Positions 56,025 through 64,000 of a DNA stretch of 64,000 nucleotides are shown piece after piece; position 1 is the stretch's first letter, and each line of letters begins with the position of its first letter. The notes beneath the pieces were generated by a model. The model made no database searches. It worked only from the letters and a program-made list of their open reading frames with translations, and was not told the DNA's origin. The DNA comes from Nemertoderma westbladi (lineage: Eukaryota; Animalia; Xenacoelomorpha). The translations under genes and the position numbers were made by a program. The DNA lies in the NCBI GenBank assembly GCA_032718475.1, contig JAUCBJ010006295.1, forward strand, positions 1 through 64,000, written 5' to 3'.

Positions 56025-59000
56025 ACTAAATAAATAGCCTAATGTAGGTTTACTTTTACTTTTATTTAAATTTATTATAAAAAATTTCAAACGAATTTCT
56101 CAAATACAGCAGTTTATTGGGGAACTGTTGTTTGATTACATGTGTGAATGGATTTATTCCATGTAATATAGGATATAATTATAATAAATTTGATTCTAAT
56201 TAATTAATAATTGTTGTTCTATATTACACCATAAGTCCACGATATTATAGTGTTACAAAATATATGTAACTAACTGTCTGCAATATTTTACTATATTATT
56301 GGTTCATAGTAACAGCGTGTTAAATCTTTTATCATAATTAATTGAGTCGTAATTATTAATATAAGATTGTCGTTTTAATCGTTACTTATTGAACTAATTG
56401 ATTCACTTGGCCAATTCAATTAATTTCACACCACTAGGTGGTGGACTTGGCACTGCTTTTCATTGCAGTATAAAAGGCTTTCAGAACTCTTTCCTATTAA
56501 GTTTCAAGGAACTGCTTACGCAACCATTGTGTTATATATTCCCGCCAGTGTCATTATTAAATTTTTATAGAGAAATTCCTGTGTAAAACGGGTATTCAGC
56601 GTTTATAACCATTAATATTAATTGATAATTATATTGTTTAATAAATTGTCAAGTAAGGTAAGTAAAAAACTTTATCTAAACTAAAACTATAAAGCAACTG
56701 GACAGACGGTTGCATGCAATCAGTGAACAGCTGACCGCAGTCAGCTGAACGACGATAGGTTTCGCCTCACGAAGGAAGGTATTCTCAGGAAGCCAAGCTA
56801 ATAGATGACTTGACATTTAGAGTGTGAAGTCCCAAAGTGAAAAGGAACGGGCAATGAAACAAAGAGATACCAGTTACTATCCACTGGGAAGCAGCACCAC
56901 AAACTTGTGCGGATTCTGCTTGTTGATATTGGGCCGGTGAGAGCGAATATAATACATTTCAAACAATGGGTGTCGTGCAATTACTTTGATTTCTTTAAAT
57001 AGCTCACGCCAGTCATTCAGTCAACGTGTATTAGGCTCGCTATGGTGTGTCATGATGAGGTTGTATACAGTTGTCAAACAGGCGTTGGATAGTGTGAAAT
57101 AGAGTTGTATTAAATAAATAAACATTTATTTCGAAAAGTTTTCTGATACTTCTGTGCTCAATCACAATCTAGACATTCCGTAAAAATTTCAGATAATTTG
57201 GACAAAAATTAAATTTAGATATAGTAGGGTTTTAAAGTTACTTAAGTCGGGAAAAATATATTCTGAGAAAATTACAATTAAACATATTGTTCTTTCTCAG
57301 TTTATAAAAAGTTTCATAACTCGAAAACTAAAAGAGCTACTGCTAAGCCGTTTTCAGATTTGAAATGTCCGTTAAATTTCACATCATAATCTAATAAAAA
57401 AATTAATTTTGCAAAATTTTCCCAAAAATGGTGAACCATCCCGCCCCCAAGGGGGGTTTCCCCTCAGGAGATTTCTTTTAAACAGCTCTAACTTCGTGTT
57501 GTTCACAGTTATGTTGTGTTCAGCCAACGCGGGGAAGGCCAAAGAGCAACAAAAATGGAAATTTTAAATATTTTTGTGTCCCTCTAGCGGCGAGTGGCGG
57601 AATTAAATATTTACTAAAAACACTAACTAGTCCCTTAATATTTATCCAAATTTTTTGAAACCAAATTTTTTAGACTCAGCACCTTTGAATCTACAAAAAT
57701 TATCCAGCCGATTTTTTAAATTATTAATTTTTAAGTAAATTTATTTAATTAATATTAATAAAATTAATAAATAAAATTTTCAATAAAATAGAAAAAAAAA
57801 ATTTCAAAAAAGTGCTGGATAATTTTTCAAGATCTTCAGAAAAACCTTTCAAACGAGAAATAAATTATCGAATTTGAGTGAAAAACGGCGGAGGAGTAGT
57901 ATTTTGAAAAATTGAAATATCGTGAAAAGTAATTCCGAGATAATTTGCTTTAAAATTTGAACCTTCCCGCTCAAACCTGAATGTCTGTAGTCTGTTAATC
58001 GGTCAGTAATGTTTGACACTATGGCTTCATACCAACTCACTAAAATAATCAATATGGGGGTTTTCAGGGTCGGTGATTTGGTGATATCTAATATGTCTGT
58101 CTGACAGTTTGTCTGACTGTCTGTCTTCTAAATTTTGACGGACAAACTGATAGACGGAAAGATAGAGATAACTCGAGAACTAAAAAAGATCTCGCCAAAC
58201 TGTTTTAAGATTTGAACTCCCCATTAGATTCTGCATCAGATGAAATAAAAAGCAAAAAATGTGACAATTTAACCCCAGGAGCCCCCCCCCCCCCCGCCCC
58301 CCCCCCCCCCCTAGTTAAAATGTACGATAATTTCTTCCTTAATTATAACGGGTTATTAAATTTAATTTACACCAAAGCCATAAACACAAAAATATCGCAA
58401 CAAAATTAAATAATCTAGAGTAAAATTTCAAAAAGCCAAAAAGACAACAATAATTAGACTTAAAATTCATTAAACGATATACTAATAATGTAATAATATA
58501 CTATAAATAAATACCGGTAATTTTATATATACTCTGTGAAATGAACAAGTGTTGCCAAAAAACAACGCAGCAAGGGCCAAAATTAAAAAGGTTTGTAACT
58601 CCGACAAAACAGAAAATAATAGTAAATAATACAAATCTCTATAAATAAGAGCTAACAGCAAATATTATCTAATTGGATAGGAAACCTAACTATTTATGTA
58701 ATGGTGAGTTTTGTGTAAAGTAAAGTGATACTTTATACAACCAGCAAGCGGAGCATGAAAAATAAGATTTGCCTTGTACGACACATCGCCTTTTACACAA
58801 CAGCTATGATACATTTGACTCGCAAATTTAAAAAATATCATACGAGTTACTGTATTTATTTTTTTCATTTTAATATCAACTATATATTAATGTTAAATTA
58901 TAAATATAAATAAATACCGACTGTAGCCAATAAATAATAGATACTGTAACCATAGTAACTCATTGTGTAACTGATGTGGATAACTACTAATACCGCTGTG

Positions 59001-59968
59001 AAATTTTCGTTTCAATTTTAAATAAACACTCTAGTTGTATGTAAAAATGGTACAACAGCAACTGGGTATATAGGAAAACAGTAATTTATATTTAGTTTTA
59101 TAAAGAAAACTAAATATTTATTAAATATACTTTTTACCCCATCATTATCACGCAGCCCTCTACACCCACCAGAGGCATTTAATAATCCTTTGTTTAAGAA
59201 ATCATGGATAAACAAAATTAAAACTTTTCAAAACAGCAAAGAGACCCAGTAAGCTGAAATATACAGCTTGTAGTTACGGCAGGGAAGGATTCCAAATCAA
59301 AGTTAGTTAATTAACTATTCGAGGTAATTGAGATGAGAGGCCAAAATGAGTAACCACCACGGCTCGAACCCTTGCCACAGAGATCGCGAAATTCGACTCC
59401 TTCCAACAGCCTCATGCCGGGGAATTCTATCCATATCTCAGGTTTCTTTGTCAATGCACATTTGCCGAAAATGGTTAACAAAATATTCAGTTGGAAACAG
59501 TTGGAAATTGTTTTGCAGAAGTTATGAAAAATACTCCAATGAAAAATTAAAATTGCGTAAAATATATGCCTGATTTGTATTACATTAGGGTGTTTTTGTG
59601 TAGCGAATTCGAGAAGGAGGTATAGGGTATATATAGGTGTTTCACGAACATTTAAGGAAGTAAATATCTTGTGATTCTGGTGCCACATCCGGTGAAAAAT
59701 AACAGTTAGTCTCATCCGGATGTCATATATATTTTATCTATATGGAATTATAGATTTAACGTTTAAAAAATTGAAATGAAATGAAATTGAAAACATGAAA
59801 TTCCACGACTATACCAGGTTTTCCAGGTGAGTGGCACCCTGATTTTTAGTTGGTTGGCTGCATATTTAAGCGGTCTTTTGATCCTATAATTAATAAATTA
59901 AATCTTAATCTAGTAGGTTATGTGCGTATTTCGCAATAAATATGGTTACATAAAATATCTATATATTA

Positions 59969-62900
59969 CGTACCGGTACTAATTATATGTACTAGTTACT
60001 GGTATACCGGTACTAATTATATGTACCAGTTACTGGTATACCGGTACTAATTATATGTACTAGTTACTGGTATACCGGTACTAATTATATGTACTAGTTA
60101 CTGGTATACCGGTACTAATTCTATGTACTAGTTACTGGTATAACGGTACTAATTCTATGTACTAGTTACTGGTATACCGGTACTAATTATATGTACCAGT
60201 TACTGGTATACCGGTACTAATTATATGTACTAGTTACTGGTATAACGGTACTAATTATATGTACTAGTTACTGGTATACCGGTACTAATTATATGTACTA
60301 GTTACTGGTATACCGGTACTAATTATATGTATCAGTTACTGGTATACCGGTACTAATTATATGTACTAGTTACTGGTATAACGGTACTAATTCTATGTAC
60401 TAGTTACTGGTATACCGGTACTAATTATATGTACTAGTTTAGTTACTGGTATACCGGTACTAATTCTATGTACTAGTTACTGGTATACCGGTACTAATTA
60501 TATGTACCAGTTACTGGTATACCGGTACTAATTATATGTACTAGTTACTGGTATAACGGTACTAATTATATGTACTAGTTACTGGTATACCGGTACTAAT
60601 TATATGTACTAGTTACTGGTATACCGGTACTAATTATATGTACCAGTTACTGGTATACCGGTACTAATTATATGTACTAGTTACTGGTATAACGGTACTA
60701 ATTCTATGTACTAGTTACTGGTATACCGGTACTAATTATATGTACTAGTTTAGTTACTGGTATACCGGTACTAATTCTATGTACTAGTTACTGGTATACC
60801 GGTACTAATTATATGTACCAGTTACTGGTATACCGGTACTAATTATATGTACTAGTTACTGGTATACCGGTACTAATTCTATGTACTAGTTACTGGTATA
60901 CCGGTACTAATTATATGTACTAGTTACTGGTATACCGGTACTAATTATATGTACCAGTTACTGGTATACCGGTACTAATTCTATGTACTAGTTACTGGTA
61001 TACCGGTACTAATTCCATGTACTATGTACTGGTATACGGGTACTAATTATATGTACTAGTTACTGTTATACCGGTACTAATTCCATGTACTAGTTACTGG
61101 TATACCGGTACTAATTCTATGTACTAGTTACTGGTATACCGGTACTAATTATATGTACTAGTTACTGGTATACCGGTACTAATTATATGTTCTAGTTACT
61201 GGTATACCGGTACTAATTATATGTACTAGTTACTGGTATACCGGTACTAATTATATGTACTAGTTACTGGTATACCGGTACTAATTCCATGTACTAGTTA
61301 CTGGTATACCGGTACTAATTCTATGTACTAGTTACTGGTATACCGGTACTAATTATATGTACTAGTTACTGGTATACCGGTACTAATTCCATGTACTAGT
61401 TACTGGTATACCGGTACTAATTCTATGTACTAGTTACTGGTATACCGGTACTAATTATATGTACTAGTTACTGGTATGTATACCGGTACTAATTCCATGT
61501 ACTAGTTACTGGTATACCGGTACTAATTCTATGTATTAGTTACTGGTATACCGGTACTAATTCTATGTACTAGTTACTGGTATAACGGTACTAATTCTAT
61601 GTACTAGTTACTGGTATACCGGTACTAATTATATGTACCAGTTACTGGTATACCGGTACTAATTATATGTACTAGTTTAGTTACTGGTTACCGGTACTAA
61701 TTATATGTACTAGTTGGTAGTTACCGGTACTAATTATATGTACTAGTTACTGGTATAACGGTACTAATTCTATGTACTAGTTACTGGTATACCGGTACTA
61801 ATTATATGTACTAGTTACTGGTATACCGGTACTAATTCTATGTACTAGTTACTGGTATACCGGTACTAATTCTATGTACTAGTTACTGGTATACCGGTAC
61901 TAATTATATGTACTAGTTACTGTGTATACCGGTACTAATTCCATGTACTAGTTACTGGTATACCGGTACTAATTCTATGTACTAGTTACTGGTATACCGG
62001 TACTAATTATATGTACTATTTACTGGTATACCGGTACTAATTCTATGTACTAGTTACTGGTATAACGGTACTAATTCTATGTACTAGTTACTGGTATACC
62101 GGTACTAATTCTATGTACTAGTTACTGGTATACCGGTACTAATTATATGTACTAGTTACTGGTATACCGGTACTAATTCTATGTACTAGTTACTGGTGTA
62201 CCGGTACTAATTATATGTACTAGTTACTGGTATACCGGTACTAATTATATGTACTAGTTACTGGTATACCGGTACTAATTCTATGTACTAGTTACTGGTA
62301 TACCGGTACTAATTATATGTACTAGTTACTGGTATACCGGTACTAATTCCATGTACTAGTTACTGGTATACCGGTACTAATTCTATGTACTAGTTACTGG
62401 TATACCGGTACTAATTCTATGTACTAGTTACTGGTATACCGGTACTAATTCTATGTACTAGTTACTGGTATACCGGTACTAATTATATGTACCAGTTACT
62501 GGTATACCGGTACTAATTATATGTACTAGTTACTGGTATACCGGTACTAATTATATGTACTAGTTACTGGTATAACGGTACTAATTCTATGTACTAGTTA
62601 CTGGTATACCGGTACTAATTATATGTACTAGTTACTGGTATACCGGTACTAATTCTATGTACTAGTTACTGGTATACCGGTACTAATTCTATGTACTAGT
62701 TACTGGTATACCGGTACTAATTATATGTACTAGTTACTGGTATGTATACCGGTACTAATTCCATGTACTAGTTACTGGTATACCGGTACTAATTCTATGT
62801 ACTAGTTACTGGTATACCGGTACTAATTATATGTACTATTTACTGGTATACCGGTACTAATTCTATGTACTAGTTACTGGTATAACGGTACTAATTCTAT

Positions 62901-64000
62901 GTACTAGTTACTGGTATACCGGTACTAATTCTATGTACTAGTTACTGGTATACCGGTACTAATTATATGTACTAGTTACTGGTATACCGGTACTAATTCT
63001 ATGTACTAGTTACTGGTGTACCGGTACTAATTATATGTACTAGTTACTGGTATACCGGTACTAATTATATGTACTAGTTACTGGTATACCGGTACTAATT
63101 CTATGTACTAGTTACTGGTATACCGGTACTAATTATATGTACTAGTTACTGGTATACCGGTACTAATTATATGTACTAGTTACTGGTATACCGGTACTAA
63201 TTCTATGTACTAGTTACTGGTATACCGGTACTAATTCCATGTACTATTTACTGGTATACCGGTACTAATTCTATGTACTAGTTACTGGTATACCGGTACT
63301 AATTATATGTACTAGTTACTGGTATACCGGTACTACTAATTATATGTACTAGTTACTGGTATACCGGTACTAATTATATGTACTAGTTACTGGTATACCG
63401 GTACTAATTCCATGTACTAGTTACTGGTATACCGGTACTAATTCTATGTACTAGTTACTGGTATACCGGTACTAATTCCATGTACTATTTACTGGTATAC
63501 CGGTACTAATTATATGTACTAGTTACTGGTATACCGGTACTAATTCCATGTACTAGTTACTGGTATACCGGTACTAATTCTATGTACTAGTTACTGGTAT
63601 ACCGGTACTAATTATATGTACTAGTTACTGGTATGTATACCGGTACTAATTCCATGTACTAGTTACTGGTATACCGGTACTAATTCTATGTACTAGTTAC
63701 TGGTATACCGGTACTATATGTACTAGTTACTGGTATACCGGTACTAATTATATGTACTAGTTACTGGTATGTATACCGGTACTAATTCCATGTACTAGTT
63801 ACTGGTATACCGGTACTAATTCTATGTACTAGTTACTGGTATACCGGTACTAATTCCATGTACTAGTTACTGGTATACCGGTACTAATTATATGTACTAG
63901 TTACTGGTATACCGGTACTAATTCTATGTACTAGTTACTGGTATACCGGTACTAATTCTATGTACTAGTTACTGGTATACCGGTACTAATTATATGTACT
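59969..64000. repeat. Tandem array, 34-bp palindrome-rich unit, >115 copies, runs off the right edge
   Basis: Unit TACCGGTACTAATT(A/C)TATGTACTAGTTACTGGTA. Confidence 0.97.

Noticed and set aside
56025-59968. Additional gene downstream of SPATA48
   Set aside because: Only short ORFs with no recognisable homology; the sequence resembles non-autonomous transposon remnants whose boundaries I could not define

Overview
AT-rich animal (invertebrate-like) genomic DNA. About half the window is 12 large minisatellite arrays (17-55 bp units), and these generate all of the very long ORFs in the track. By hand I reconstructed four spliced genes with GT-AG boundaries and consistent phases. (1) An LRRC71-like gene on the minus strand: 7 exons from 35843 down to 4368, 3' exons not found in the window. 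(2) A complete SPATA48/SPMIP7-like gene on the plus strand: 9 exons, 41002-56024, 447 aa, divergent from LRRC71. Both have an RFX X-box-like motif about 200 bp upstream of the ATG. (3, 4) Two antisense genes nested in LRRC71 introns: NAGPA and a Ly6/LU-domain protein. The rest is degraded LINEs, SINEs, MITEs and foldbacks. Most notable: four arrays are tandem amplifications of the host genes' own splice junctions (three exon-end + GT donor units, one AG acceptor + exon-start unit). They appear to inflate introns of about 60-170 nt to 3.5-5 kb and create about 47-174 decoy splice sites each. Decoy donors cannot be reached without an in-frame stop, and decoy acceptors give a stop or frameshift. 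Gene names rest on my recall of the human homologues; no search was run.
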